Shown here: in pieces, positions 36,831 to 46,158 of the stretch | Layout of the letters: each line of letters begins with the position of its first letter | How positions within the stretch are numbered: the stretch's first letter is position 1 | Source of the DNA: an uncultured bacterium | Lineage (GTDB): Bacteria > Planctomycetota > UBA8742 > UBA2392 | Direction of reading: 5' to 3' | Length of the DNA stretch: 64,000 nucleotides | Assembly: GCA_938014885.1 (NCBI GenBank) | Contig: CALLQI010000004.1 | Coordinates: 94,578 to 158,577, forward strand | The notes under the pieces: generated by a model | What the model was told of the DNA's origin: nothing | What the model saw: the letters and a program-made list of their open reading frames with translations, nothing else | The model's database searches: none | Program-made: the position numbers and the translations under genes

Positions 36831-37737
36831 CCTGTCCGTGAAGCTGGGCCCGCTCGAGCTTGCCACCCCGCTGCTCACCGCCAGCGGCTGCAGCGGCTAT
36901 GGCAAAGAACTCGACCGCTACCATGACCTGAACGTCTACGGCGCGCTCGTCGGCAAAAGCATCAGCCGCAACCCGCGCCTGGGCAACCCCTACCCGCGCA
37001 CCGCTGAAACCGCCGCCGGTATGATCAACGCCATCGGCCTTCAAAATGAAGGCTTTGACGCCTTCATCCAGAACACGCTGCCCAAGATGCGCAGCTTCGG
37101 CACCAAGGCCATTGTCAACGTGGTCGGCCACGACTTCGACGAGTACGTGTGGCTGGTGGAACGCTTCGACAATGAAGAAGGCATTGCGGCGCTTGAACTG
37201 AACCTTAGCTGTCCCAACGTCGCGGGCGGCATGAAATTCGCCAGCGACGCCGGCGAGTGCGAGCGCCTGGTCGCCGCCTGCCGCGTGAAAACCCGCCTGC
37301 CGCTGATCGCCAAGCTATCGCCCAACGTCACCGACATTGGCGATATCGCCCTCGCAGCCGAGCGAGGGGGCGCAGATATCCTCAGCGCAATCAACACGCT
37401 GGTCGGCATGGCCGTGGATTGGCGCAAGCGCACGCCGCTGGTCGCGAATTTCACGGGCGGCCTCAGCGGCCCGGCGATCAAGCCCGTGGCGCTGCGTTGC
37501 GTGTGGCAGGCCGCGCGGGCCAGCAAGCTGCCGGTGATCGCGATTGGCGGCATCAGCAACGCCGACGACGTGCTTGAGTTCATGGTCGCCGGTGCCAGCG
37601 CGGTGCAGATCGGTACGATCCTGTTCATTGAGCCCGACGCCGGCAAGACCATCCACGCCGCGTTGAAGCAAAAGCTGCAGGACGCCGGCGTCCACCGCAT
37701 CCAGGACATCGTCGGAACACTAGCCAAGCCCGGATAG
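36820..37737 (+). CDS. pyrD: Dihydroorotate dehydrogenase, class 1 catalytic subunit
   Basis: TIM-barrel DHODH blocks: LNLSCPNV (catalytic Cys), GGISN, IGTIL. Confidence 0.9.
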   Translation: MALDLSVKLGPLELATPLLTASGCSGYGKELDRYHDLNVYGALVGKSISRNPRLGNPYPRTAETAAGMINAIGLQNEGFDAFIQNTLPKMRSFGTKAIVNVVGHDFDEYVWLVERFDNEEGIAALELNLSCPNVAGGMKFASDAGECERLVAACRVKTRLPLIAKLSPNVTDIGDIALAAERGGADILSAINTLVGMAVDWRKRTPLVANFTGGLSGPAIKPVALRCVWQAARASKLPVIAIGGISNADDVLEFMVAGASAVQIGTILFIEPDAGKTIHAALKQKLQDAGVHRIQDIVGTLAKPG

Positions 37738-37822
37738 CGGTGCGTTCCGAATGGGACAGTCCGCGCTGGATTCCGCTTGCGAAGCGGGGTCTGCGGCAGA
37801 CAATTATCGACCGGAGGCACCT

Positions 37823-38311
37823 GTGCCACGCTTGCCCGCTGTGGATGCATACATCGAAAAGGCCCAGCCGTTCGCCCGGCCAATTCTGAGAAAGCTGCGC
37901 GAGGTGATGCACAAGGCCTGCCCCGAGATCGAAGAGAAGATCAAGTGGGGCGTGCCGGCCTTTGACCACAAAGGGCCGCTAGCAGGCATGGCGGCTTTCA
38001 AGGCGCACGCAAGCTTTGGTTTCTGTAAGGCCAAACTGATGAAGGACCCGCAGCGCCTCTTCAACCCGGACGAAAAGGGAGGCATGTGGGGCGCGCGCAT
38101 CGCAAACGTGAAAGACCTGCCGCCCGAAAAGGTGCTGATCGCGTACATCAAGGAAGCCATCGCCCTGAATGAAAAGGGCATCAAGGCCACGCGCGAGCCC
38201 ACCAGTAAACCCGTGCCGAAAATGCCCGCCCATATGCTGGCCGCGCTGAAGAAGAACAAGCCCGCGCTGCAGACCTTCGAGGCCTTCCCGCCCAGCCACA
38301 AACGCGAGTGA
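37823..38311 (+). CDS. DUF1801/YdeI-OmdA family protein interrupted by an in-frame TGA; the conserved C-terminal motif continues to 38425
   Basis: GTG 37823 follows GGAGG. The product ...PSHKRE-TGA-IEWITEAKQEATREKRLKHAIEWMAEGKPRNWKYMKR; the segment after the TGA matches the conserved OmdA C-terminus (..reYvEWIeeAKkpETRakRi..). Possibly a pseudogene. Confidence 0.5.
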   Translation: MPRLPAVDAYIEKAQPFARPILRKLREVMHKACPEIEEKIKWGVPAFDHKGPLAGMAAFKAHASFGFCKAKLMKDPQRLFNPDEKGGMWGARIANVKDLPPEKVLIAYIKEAIALNEKGIKATREPTSKPVPKMPAHMLAALKKNKPALQTFEAFPPSHKRE

Positions 38312-38853
38312 ATCGAATGGATCACCGAGGCCAAGCAGGAAGCCACGCGCGAGAAACGCCTGAAGCACGCCATCGAGTGGATGGCTGAAGGCAAGCCCCG
38401 CAACTGGAAGTATATGAAGCGCTAAGCATGCGGCCGGATGATGCACCGGGGGCAGCACCGGGCTAGAATGCCACCATGGAATACCTGCTGCTTGCGCTGA
38501 TCGGCATCCCCGCCTGCCTGCTGGCCCTGGTGGTGCTCTTGCTGGTCACAGGGGTGATCCGCGACCCCAGCGGAGCCGGCCTCGTAGCAGCCAACTACCG
38601 ATCAAGCTGGCTGCAACGCCGCAGCTGAACCCCAGACAGCACACACAACGCGGCATCGACATCCCTGCCGGTGGCGTGCTCATGCGCTTCCAGCGCATGC
38701 GCCGGTTGGAAGCCGCTGAAACGCCACGGATTGGGATGCAACGCCATGCGGAAACCCTTCATCGCGGATGGCGATCCCGGGATGAATCCACTCCCGCGCA
38801 AGCGTTGCTATAACGAACACCGCGCAAGGGCACGGGGTTGGATGGGGCGTACC

Positions 38854-39855
38854 ATGAAGTTTCAGGACTACTACGAAATCCTTGGCGTCAAACGCGACGC
38901 CACCACCGAAGATATCAAGAAGGCCTACCGCAAGTTGGCCATGAAGTGGCACCCGGATCGCCACGAGCCGGCCACACGGGCCGATGCCGAGGCCCGCTTC
39001 AAGCAGATCAACGAAGCCAAAGAGGTCCTGACCGACCCCGAAAAGCGCGCCAAGTATGACCGCTTCGGCCAGAACTGGCAGCACGGGCAGGACTTCAACC
39101 CCGGCGGCAACTGGCGCAGCGCCAGCCCCGAAGACTTCTCGCAGTTCTTTGGCGGCGGCGGCGGTTTCTCAGACTTCTTTGCCAACATCTTCGGCGAAGA
39201 CGTGCAGCTCCGCACCCGCGCGCCAAGGCGCACTCGCGGTCGCGACTCACAGGCTGAGCTGCAACTGCCCGTCAGTGAGGCCATGGGCGGCGGCACCCGC
39301 GAATTCAACATCGGATTCGAACAGCGCTGCGACACCTGCCAGGGCACCGGCACGCTGGACGGCGAGCACTTCTGCTTTGCCTGCGGCGGTGTCGGCCGCA
39401 CCAGGGGCCACCGTACCGTGGAACTGCGCATTCCCGACGAGATCCGCGACGGCCTGGTGCTGCGGCTGCGCGGCATGGGCGAGGCCGGCAACGGGGGCGA
39501 TAACGGCGACCTTTACTTGACCTTGCGGCTGCACGAAGACGACACCTGGCGCATTCGCGGGCTGGACCTGTACGCCGACGTGCCCGTGGCCCCGTGGGAG
39601 GCAGTGGACGGCGCGCGCGTGGACCTGCGGACGTTCGACGGTACGGTGACATTGACGATTCCGCCCGGCACGCAAAGCGGCGCAAAGCTGCGCCTGCGCG
39701 GACTGGGATTGCGGAATGAAGAAGGCACACGGGGCGATCTGTACGCGGTGATCCGCATGGCCATGCCCGAAAACGCCAGCGAGCAGCAGCGCGAGCTTGC
39801 GCGGCAGATGAAGTCTTCCGGCCCCGGCACGGTAAAAGGCGGCGCACGCGCCTGA
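38854..39855 (+). CDS. DnaJ/CbpA-like co-chaperone (J domain plus a reduced zinc-finger region)
   Basis: DYYEILGV...HPD J-domain; a Gly/Phe-rich linker; only two CxxCxGxG pairs (CDTCQGTG, CFACGGVG); DnaJ C-terminal domains. Confidence 0.8.
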   Translation: MKFQDYYEILGVKRDATTEDIKKAYRKLAMKWHPDRHEPATRADAEARFKQINEAKEVLTDPEKRAKYDRFGQNWQHGQDFNPGGNWRSASPEDFSQFFGGGGGFSDFFANIFGEDVQLRTRAPRRTRGRDSQAELQLPVSEAMGGGTREFNIGFEQRCDTCQGTGTLDGEHFCFACGGVGRTRGHRTVELRIPDEIRDGLVLRLRGMGEAGNGGDNGDLYLTLRLHEDDTWRIRGLDLYADVPVAPWEAVDGARVDLRTFDGTVTLTIPPGTQSGAKLRLRGLGLRNEEGTRGDLYAVIRMAMPENASEQQRELARQMKSSGPGTVKGGARA

Positions 39856-39885
39856 GCGCGGGCGCAGTTCTGTCATTCCAGAGTG

Positions 39886-40656
39886 CTAGACCAGTCGCGT
39901 GATCAGGCGCAGCGCCTGCGGGTCGCGGTTCAGGCGGTCGGCGCCGCGGATCAGGTCCATGCAGTCAAAACCGCGCAGCGCGATCACGGCGGCTTCGCTC
40001 GGGCCCACGCGCTCGATGAATGCAAAGGCCTCGCCGGCGGTGGGCTGCCAGGCTTCGTTTTCAGCATAGCGCGCGAACAGCTTCAAGTGGGCCGATACAA
40101 AGGCCGCGCTGCGGCAGCCCTGGTTCTCGACCACCAGCCCGACTTTCAGCGCGCCGGGATAGTTGCCGCGGAAGTTGAACGTCGAAATCACCGCGCCGGT
40201 GCCGGCAAAGGGCGCGTCCACGGCCGCAATCGTGCGAGTGGCCGCCCCGGGCTCGCCGGTTGCAAAGCGCACCGAAGCAATGCGCACTTCACCGCTGGGG
40301 CGTGCGCACACGCGCTTTGCCAGCGCGCGGCCGGAACGGGTCTGGGTGCTGGTCAAGTAGTCAGCGACCTTTTCGCGGCCGATGCGCGCGGTCAGGTCGT
40401 TCAGCAGGAACTGGCAGGTCATCAGCACATTCTGGCCCTGGCGCGCGGCAAACCCGGCCGAGAAAACGGCGTCTGGGCGCAGGTTGCGGGGTGCGGCCAT
40501 CAGGGCGTGGTTGTTGCGTTCAAGGCGGTCGCACAGCCAACTGACGAAGCGGCGGGCCTCAAGCTGCACATCGCGCGGGTTGCTGCGCCGCATCACGGCT
40601 TCGAACTGGCGCGACAGGCGATCAGTGGCCTGGGCATCAACGAGCATGGTGGACAT
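39886..40656 (-). CDS. Hypothetical protein (256 aa)
   Basis: Long ORF with GC3-rich codon usage consistent with coding; no family recognised. Confidence 0.45.
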   Translation of the reverse strand: MSTMLVDAQATDRLSRQFEAVMRRSNPRDVQLEARRFVSWLCDRLERNNHALMAAPRNLRPDAVFSAGFAARQGQNVLMTCQFLLNDLTARIGREKVADYLTSTQTRSGRALAKRVCARPSGEVRIASVRFATGEPGAATRTIAAVDAPFAGTGAVISTFNFRGNYPGALKVGLVVENQGCRSAAFVSAHLKLFARYAENEAWQPTAGEAFAFIERVGPSEAAVIALRGFDCMDLIRGADRLNRDPQALRLITRLV

Positions 40657-40692
40657 GGCGGGTACCTCGGGCTGGTGTGCGAAGCGAAAAGG

Positions 40693-41442
40693 CTAGCGGC
40701 CGGCGCGCAGGCGCAGGATTGCTACCGGGTCGTCGGGTGTCTCGCTGACAACCTGCAACTGGCCGTCCACCAGTTTCAGCACCCGGGACAGGCAGCCGTT
40801 GCTGTCGGTGGACCAGATGGTGTACAGCTCTTCGCGGCCGTCGCCGTCGTGGTCGATAGTGACCATGTGGCGCAAGTTTTCATTGCCGCGGGACAAGTAA
40901 ACGCTGACAGGGGCTGAGTCGGCCTCCGCGGCGCTGTACAGACTGATGCGCACGGCCTGGCCTTCGGCTTCGCGGGCGACGCAGTGCATGCGGGCGTCGG
41001 TGTCGAACTGGCAGCGCACGGATGCGATCTGGCCTTCGCGGCCTTCGGGCAGGATCGCGGCTTCCACTTCGTCGTAGCTGAGGGTGGGCAATGCCACCGG
41101 CGGCTCGGAGAGGGCGTCGGCGCTTTCGGCCTCAGCCGCCAGAGGGATGCGGATGATGGTGCCTGAGTTGAGGCCCTGTCCAGCCTGGATGTCGTTGGCG
41201 CGGGCGATTTCGTCCCAGCGCTTGCCGGCGCCGTAGAAGCGTTCCGCAAGGCCCCACAGCGTGTCGCCGGGCTGTACGCGATACAGGATCATGCGCCGGT
41301 TCATGTCGACGTTGACCTGCGAGTAGTTTTCAAGTTCCGCGGCTTCGGCGTCGGTCATCTTGTCGAGGCCGAGCTTGAACAACATCACCGAGCCAACCAG
41401 CACCAGAAAACCGACGAGCAGCGTGAGGATGTTGTTCCGCAT
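40693..41442 (-). CDS. LysM-domain membrane-anchored protein
   Basis: Start at ATG 41442 (MRNNILTLLVGFLVLVGSVMLF TM). LysM: YRVQPGDTLWGLAERFYGAGKRWDEIARAN. Confidence 0.7.
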   Translation of the reverse strand: MRNNILTLLVGFLVLVGSVMLFKLGLDKMTDAEAAELENYSQVNVDMNRRMILYRVQPGDTLWGLAERFYGAGKRWDEIARANDIQAGQGLNSGTIIRIPLAAEAESADALSEPPVALPTLSYDEVEAAILPEGREGQIASVRCQFDTDARMHCVAREAEGQAVRISLYSAAEADSAPVSVYLSRGNENLRHMVTIDHDGDGREELYTIWSTDSNGCLSRVLKLVDGQLQVVSETPDDPVAILRLRAGR

Positions 41443-41636
41443 GACTGATCCGATATGTGCGCTGTGGAAGTTCCGACGCAATGCGACGGATGCCAGATTT
41501 GTCGGCGCAATCGGCTGCGGAAATTGAGTCAACTTCAGAATTGTTGCGGCAGGAAGTACTGAGGCACGATCACCGCGCCTCCAACACGACAACGGGCGCC
41601 GCGTGGGCGCCCGTTCTCTGCCTTATCTCTGCAAGG

Positions 41637-41840
41637 CTACAGCGGCTTGACGTTCTCCGCGGCCGGGCCTTTGCGCCCTTCGCCGATGGTGAACTCGACG
41701 GCCTGGCCTTCCTTGACCGACTTGAAGCCGTCGGACTGGATGGCCGAGTAGTGCACAAACAGATCGGCGCCGCCGTCGTCGGGGGTGATGAACCCGTAGC
41801 CTTTTTCATCGTTGAACCACTTCACTTTTCCTGTCGGCAT
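41637..41840 (-). CDS. Cold-shock protein (CspA family, 67 aa)
   Basis: [34 protein letters not shown]..., RNP1/RNP2 motifs; start at ATG 41840. Confidence 0.9.
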   Translation of the reverse strand: MPTGKVKWFNDEKGYGFITPDDGGADLFVHYSAIQSDGFKSVKEGQAVEFTIGEGRKGPAAENVKPL

Positions 41841-41959
41841 AGCTCTGACTCCACTTTCAACCTGCCCTGCCCGCCAAACCTGTTCGACGGCGCAAAGGCT
41901 TGTAACGAACGGCACAAATCATAGGCACGCGCGCGCCAAGCGCCACCACAATCGCGGCG

Positions 41960-43255
41960 CTAACTCCAGTACGGGTGGATATAGGCGTGCGAACCCTGGG
42001 TTGAAGCTTCAAAGGGGGGCATGTCAGACTCTGGCTTCAGAGTGTCGGTGCGCAGCAGAATCACGCCCGGGCGGTCGCTTCCGCCGGTGACGACGAAATA
42101 GGTGCCGTCCATGGTGACGGCGACACCGCGCGGCTGCGGGATGTCCTCGCCGCCGATGACTTCGCGGAATTTGCGGGCCTTTACGTCCCAGAAGGTCAGC
42201 AGGCCCTTGGCGCTGCCGTCCTGGGTGCGGCTGTCGCGCCCGTAGGGGTTGGTGGCTGCCAGCAGGCCTGACTTTTCGTGATAGGCCAGGCTGAGAGTTT
42301 CGCCCAGCATCGCGCTGACGACCGGTGCCGGCGAGGCCATCGTGGCCAGCTCGCCGCCGGTGGGCCGGATGCTGAGAGCCCCAAGGGCCGAGCGCGTGTC
42401 CAGGCCCTCGCGCATCGCGTGCGCGACCACCAGGTCGCCGCCCGGCGTGACCAGCAGGTGGCCGGCGTTGATCAGCGGGTTGTCGGGCCATGCCACTTTC
42501 TCGAGCAACTTGCCCGTGGCTACTTCGACATAGGCCACGTTGGGTTCAGCCCCGCCGTCGATGCTGCCGCCGCCGTTGGTGACGGCCACGATCTTGCCGC
42601 CATCGAGGAACTGGCAGTCGTGCGGCCACTCACCGTGGGTGGGGAAGTCGCCGATCACCGAAAAGTCGTCGGCGCGCCTCACGCTCATGCGACCGACGTA
42701 GGTTTCTTTGTCGTACTCGGTGGCATAGACCAGCGTGCCATCGGTGCTGTAGGCACCGTGGCCGTAGAATTCGCAGCCCGGGCTTGGGCGGATGCGGCCG
42801 ATGATTTCGTTGCGCTTGAGGTCAATCTCCGCGCCGCCGGGCCCCTTTTTCTCGAAGACCAGCACGCGGTTGGCGGCAAAGGGGTTGGCGATCACGCCGT
42901 GGGCCAGAAAGCCGATGTCGGTGATCAGCTTTTGCCTGGCGCCCTTGTCGCGAACGGCCTGGTCCAGGTTCAGCTGCGTGAAGATGTAGCGTTTTTCGCC
43001 GGTTTCGGCATTCAGCTGGCTGCCGCCGCAAAGCAACGTCCCGTAGACCAGCCCGGCGGTTGGCGGCTCGCCATGCTGGGCCTTGGGGCCGGTGTCGGCC
43101 GGCGGCTCGTTGGTGTTGCCGGGTGGCACGGGCGCGTTGGCGACGTTGGCTGGGCCGGTGTTACCGCCGCAGGCGGCCAGTAGCAGGCTGCCGGTTGCCC
43201 CGGCCTGCAGGAATGCGCGTCGGGCCCGATTGGGGCCTTGGTTGTCATGGGCCAT
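41960..43255 (-). CDS. Tat-exported lipoprotein, beta-propeller-like (DUF1513-like)
   Basis: N-terminal RRAFLQAGATGSLLLAACGG (twin-arginine plus lipobox); 431 aa; no catalytic motif recognised. Confidence 0.55.
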   Translation of the reverse strand: MAHDNQGPNRARRAFLQAGATGSLLLAACGGNTGPANVANAPVPPGNTNEPPADTGPKAQHGEPPTAGLVYGTLLCGGSQLNAETGEKRYIFTQLNLDQAVRDKGARQKLITDIGFLAHGVIANPFAANRVLVFEKKGPGGAEIDLKRNEIIGRIRPSPGCEFYGHGAYSTDGTLVYATEYDKETYVGRMSVRRADDFSVIGDFPTHGEWPHDCQFLDGGKIVAVTNGGGSIDGGAEPNVAYVEVATGKLLEKVAWPDNPLINAGHLLVTPGGDLVVAHAMREGLDTRSALGALSIRPTGGELATMASPAPVVSAMLGETLSLAYHEKSGLLAATNPYGRDSRTQDGSAKGLLTFWDVKARKFREVIGGEDIPQPRGVAVTMDGTYFVVTGGSDRPGVILLRTDTLKPESDMPPFEASTQGSHAYIHPYWS

Positions 43256-43379
43256 GGTGTCCTCCTGTGGCGGCGTCCGTTCCTCAACAGATTGGCCGCC
43301 CGGTGCCTGCGGGTTGATGTTAGCTTGGGCCGTGGTAGTTGTTGAGTGTAGTTACTGCGTATCACCGGCCGGAAAACCC

Positions 43380-44003
43380 ATGCGCCACCGCGACGTTGAG
43401 TCAGCACGCCAGGCCCTCGAAGACTGGAAAGCCCTGCGCGAACGCGTTGTGGCCGAGGGCGGCGAACAGTACGAGAAGCCTGTGCTGGTGCGCTTCTTGG
43501 CCAGCAACACCTTTGAAGTGATGGACCGCGACATCGTCGAGGACGAGTTTTACGTCCTGCGCAAATACCAGATCGTGCGCGAACTCGACGCCACGGGCGC
43601 CGACCTGGAACAGGCAATCCGCGAAACCCGAGGCCGTGACACCAGCCGCCAGGGCCCCCAGCGCGGTACCGGCCGCCACGGCCCGCAGCGCGGCAGCCAG
43701 CGCCACGGCCAGCGCAACAGCCAGCGTCATGCCGGCCAGCAGCGTCCCGACCGCGGCCCGCGCGGCGACAGCCCCGATCGCAGCGGAAGGCCCCCGCGCC
43801 CCGAGCGCCCGCAAGGCGAAGGCCAGCAGGAACAGACGCAGGGCGACCGCCCACGCGGCGACCGTCCGCAGGGTGACCGGCCGCAAGGTGAACGATCCGG
43901 GCGCCGCCGCCGTCGTCGCGGCCCGCGCCGCGGACCACGCCCCGGCCAAAGCGGAACCGGCAGCCAGGGCCCGGCCCCATCCGCGCCCCCGCCTGCGGCT
44001 TGA
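43380..44003 (+). CDS. Hypothetical protein with a structured N-terminal domain and an Arg/Gly/Gln/Pro-rich disordered tail
   Basis: ATG 43380 (MRHRDVESARQALEDWKAL...), then RGTGRHGPQRGSQRHGQRNSQRH...GDRPRGDRPQGDRPQGERSGRRRRRRGPRRGPRPG. The upstream part of ORF 43083..44003 overlaps the convergent lipoprotein gene and is rejected. Confidence 0.5.
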   Translation: MRHRDVESARQALEDWKALRERVVAEGGEQYEKPVLVRFLASNTFEVMDRDIVEDEFYVLRKYQIVRELDATGADLEQAIRETRGRDTSRQGPQRGTGRHGPQRGSQRHGQRNSQRHAGQQRPDRGPRGDSPDRSGRPPRPERPQGEGQQEQTQGDRPRGDRPQGDRPQGERSGRRRRRRGPRRGPRPGQSGTGSQGPAPSAPPPAA

Positions 44004-44097
44004 CCCTTGTTGGGACGCATGTTGAAGTTCGCGGCGTTATAACCTGCGGCCGTCTGGCCCCTGAGTTTCGAAGTGTGCGCATTGCCCGGAGATTGCC

Positions 44098-44766
44098 ATG
44101 ACAGAAATCGACCCACGCCTGCTGCAGGGACGTCTCGCCGATGAAGATGAAGACGATGACGAAGGCGACAACGAAAACGGCGAAGAAAACGGTAAGGACA
44201 AGAACGGCAAAAACGGCGGGCCCGACCCGCTGGCGATGCGCCTGCTGAAGTCACGCACGATCATCATCAGCCGTGGCGTCGATGACAAGCTTGCGGCCTC
44301 AACCATTGCGCAGCTTCGCATCCTTGAAGATGACGACGCCAAGAAGCCGATCACATTCATCGTCAACAGCCCGGGTGGCAGCGCCGACAGCGGCTTTGCG
44401 ATCCTGGACTACGCGCGCTTCGTGAAGCCGCCGATACGCAGTATCGTCTGCGGTATCTGCGCCAGCGCGGCCGTGATGATTCACCTTGCCGCCGAAAAGC
44501 AGAACCGCTTCGCCACGCCTTCCAGCCGATTCCTGCTGCACCAGCCCAGCATGGCAGCCCGCGGCCAGGCCAGCGACCTGGAAATCCTGAGCGCCGAAAT
44601 CGACCGGTTGAAGCTGTACTACAACCAGATCGTGGCCCAGGAGACCGGCCGCCCGCTCAAGCAGGTCGAGAAAGACGTGCACCGCGACTTCTGGATCCCC
44701 GCAGAGGCCGCCGTCGAATACGGGCTGATCAAGGCCGTGGTCAAGTCACGCAGCGAGATCGAGTAA
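44098..44766 (+). CDS. clpP: ClpP-family serine protease paralog with an acidic N-terminal extension (orphan, no clpX adjacent)
   Basis: VNSPGGS, the Ser in GICASAAV, the His in LLHQP, the Asp in VHRDF and the C-terminal AEAAVEYGLI all align with E. coli ClpP. The first roughly 45 aa are DEDEDDDEGDNENGEENGKDKNGKNGG. Confidence 0.8.
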   Translation: MTEIDPRLLQGRLADEDEDDDEGDNENGEENGKDKNGKNGGPDPLAMRLLKSRTIIISRGVDDKLAASTIAQLRILEDDDAKKPITFIVNSPGGSADSGFAILDYARFVKPPIRSIVCGICASAAVMIHLAAEKQNRFATPSSRFLLHQPSMAARGQASDLEILSAEIDRLKLYYNQIVAQETGRPLKQVEKDVHRDFWIPAEAAVEYGLIKAVVKSRSEIE

Positions 44767-46097
44767 TGGTGTTGCGCTGCGCGGTCCTGCTGGCGTTTTG
44801 CATGCTCGTCCTTGCCGGGTGCGAGGGCGACTTTGACCAGCGCGTCGAAGAAGCAGGCACACAGGGCCCCGGCGCCGGAAGCACAGGCAGCATCGTCAAC
44901 CCTGACAGCAACTTCGTGCGCGGTTTCGCCAGCACCGGCGGTGCCGTGCGCAACGCCGTCGTGACTCTGCGTCCGATCAACGACGACGGCAGCATCGACT
45001 TCACGGAAGCTGGCCTGCTTGGCACCGGCTTCACGTTCAGCAACGGGATTTACCAGGTCAGCCTGCGGCGTCAGTACCGCGGGCCGATCCTGGTTGAAAT
45101 CCGGGGCCAGAACACGCTGGCCGTGCCCAGCGATGTCGGCAACCCGGCAACGGCCCGTACTGAGAAATTTCACCCCATGAACCCGGGGCACGTGATGTAC
45201 AGCGTGCTGCCGCACTATGACGACTACAGCACCGGCGACACGCACGTCACGCCGCTGACCACCGTGGCCGTGATGCGCGGCCTCTCGTTCGACGGCAGCA
45301 TCGCCGGCGTGACGGGCGGCGTGGGGATGGGGATGTTCGGCCTGATGTGCCAGCAGGTGGCGCGCTACTTCGGCCTTGAGCGAATTCGCGCCGTCAGCCC
45401 CACCGATTTCGCGCTGTCGGGCGGCCTGCCGGGTAGCAAGAATTACTCGTACGTGCTGGCGGCACTCAGCCAGGTGGCCAAGGACTTCGGCGTCGCGAAC
45501 ATCAACGACTTCTGGCTTGGCATGTCGCAGGACGCCTTCGACGACGGCGTGTTGAACGGCAGCATCGGATATGTGCCCAACACCGCGGTGCCGATGCCGG
45601 ACCTTTCGGCGTCGGGCCTGATCGGCGATGCACTGTTCAACAACTACCTGGACCCGAACAACCTTGAGCGCATTCCCGGCACCGACAACACCGAAGTGAC
45701 GCCCGGCTCTTCGCTGGGGCAACTGGTTACGCACCTCGACACCGCGCGCGACATCAACGCAATCGTGCTGGACTACGAGCTGACTGTGCGCATTCCGGAC
45801 GACATGACCCTTGCCCAGGGCGACATCGTCTACACCCGCACCACGGTCCTGAAGCGGCTGGGCAACGGAACGAACTTTCACCCGTTTGGCGATTCTGGCG
45901 GGCCCGGCTTTGTCGAGTTCGACTTCGTGAGCAGCTCACCGGCCAACGTGGGCGTGCAGCCGTTCGGCCGCATTGTCGTAAACCCGCTGGCACCGGACGG
46001 CGACTACACGATCACGCTGAACGTAAGCCCGCGCGCCGGGCAGACCTTCATCACCGGCCCCAGCGACAGCTACAGCTTCACCGTCCGCGTACGCTAG
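44766..46097 (+). CDS. Hypothetical lipoprotein (443 aa), translationally coupled to the clpP-like gene
   Basis: The start overlaps the clpP-like stop (TAATG). Lipobox LVLAGCEG. No family recognised. Confidence 0.55.
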   Translation: MVLRCAVLLAFCMLVLAGCEGDFDQRVEEAGTQGPGAGSTGSIVNPDSNFVRGFASTGGAVRNAVVTLRPINDDGSIDFTEAGLLGTGFTFSNGIYQVSLRRQYRGPILVEIRGQNTLAVPSDVGNPATARTEKFHPMNPGHVMYSVLPHYDDYSTGDTHVTPLTTVAVMRGLSFDGSIAGVTGGVGMGMFGLMCQQVARYFGLERIRAVSPTDFALSGGLPGSKNYSYVLAALSQVAKDFGVANINDFWLGMSQDAFDDGVLNGSIGYVPNTAVPMPDLSASGLIGDALFNNYLDPNNLERIPGTDNTEVTPGSSLGQLVTHLDTARDINAIVLDYELTVRIPDDMTLAQGDIVYTRTTVLKRLGNGTNFHPFGDSGGPGFVEFDFVSSSPANVGVQPFGRIVVNPLAPDGDYTITLNVSPRAGQTFITGPSDSYSFTVRVR

Positions 46098-46125
46098 GCA
46101 GCCCCGCTCGACCGTTGGCATGCAA

Positions 46126-46156
46126 GAAATGCGGGGCGCGTCACGCCCCGCATTTC
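46126..46156 (+). terminator. Bidirectional intrinsic terminator between the lipoprotein gene (+) and rtcB (-)
   Basis: gaaatgcggggcg-cgtca-cgccccgcatttc: a 13-bp perfect stem, followed by TTCTTC. Confidence 0.6.
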
Positions 46157-46158
46157 TT

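Noticed and set aside
38671-38853. Upstream extension of the DnaJ-like ORF (MACSCASSACAGW...)
   Set aside because: The J-domain begins at MKFQDYYEILGV (ATG 38854); the extension is Cys/Arg-rich with no function and no SD.
43083-43379. Upstream part of ORF 43083..44003, overlapping the convergent lipoprotein gene 41960..43255
   Set aside because: The first in-frame ATG with sensible context is at 43380; the upstream stretch is antisense to a well-supported gene.
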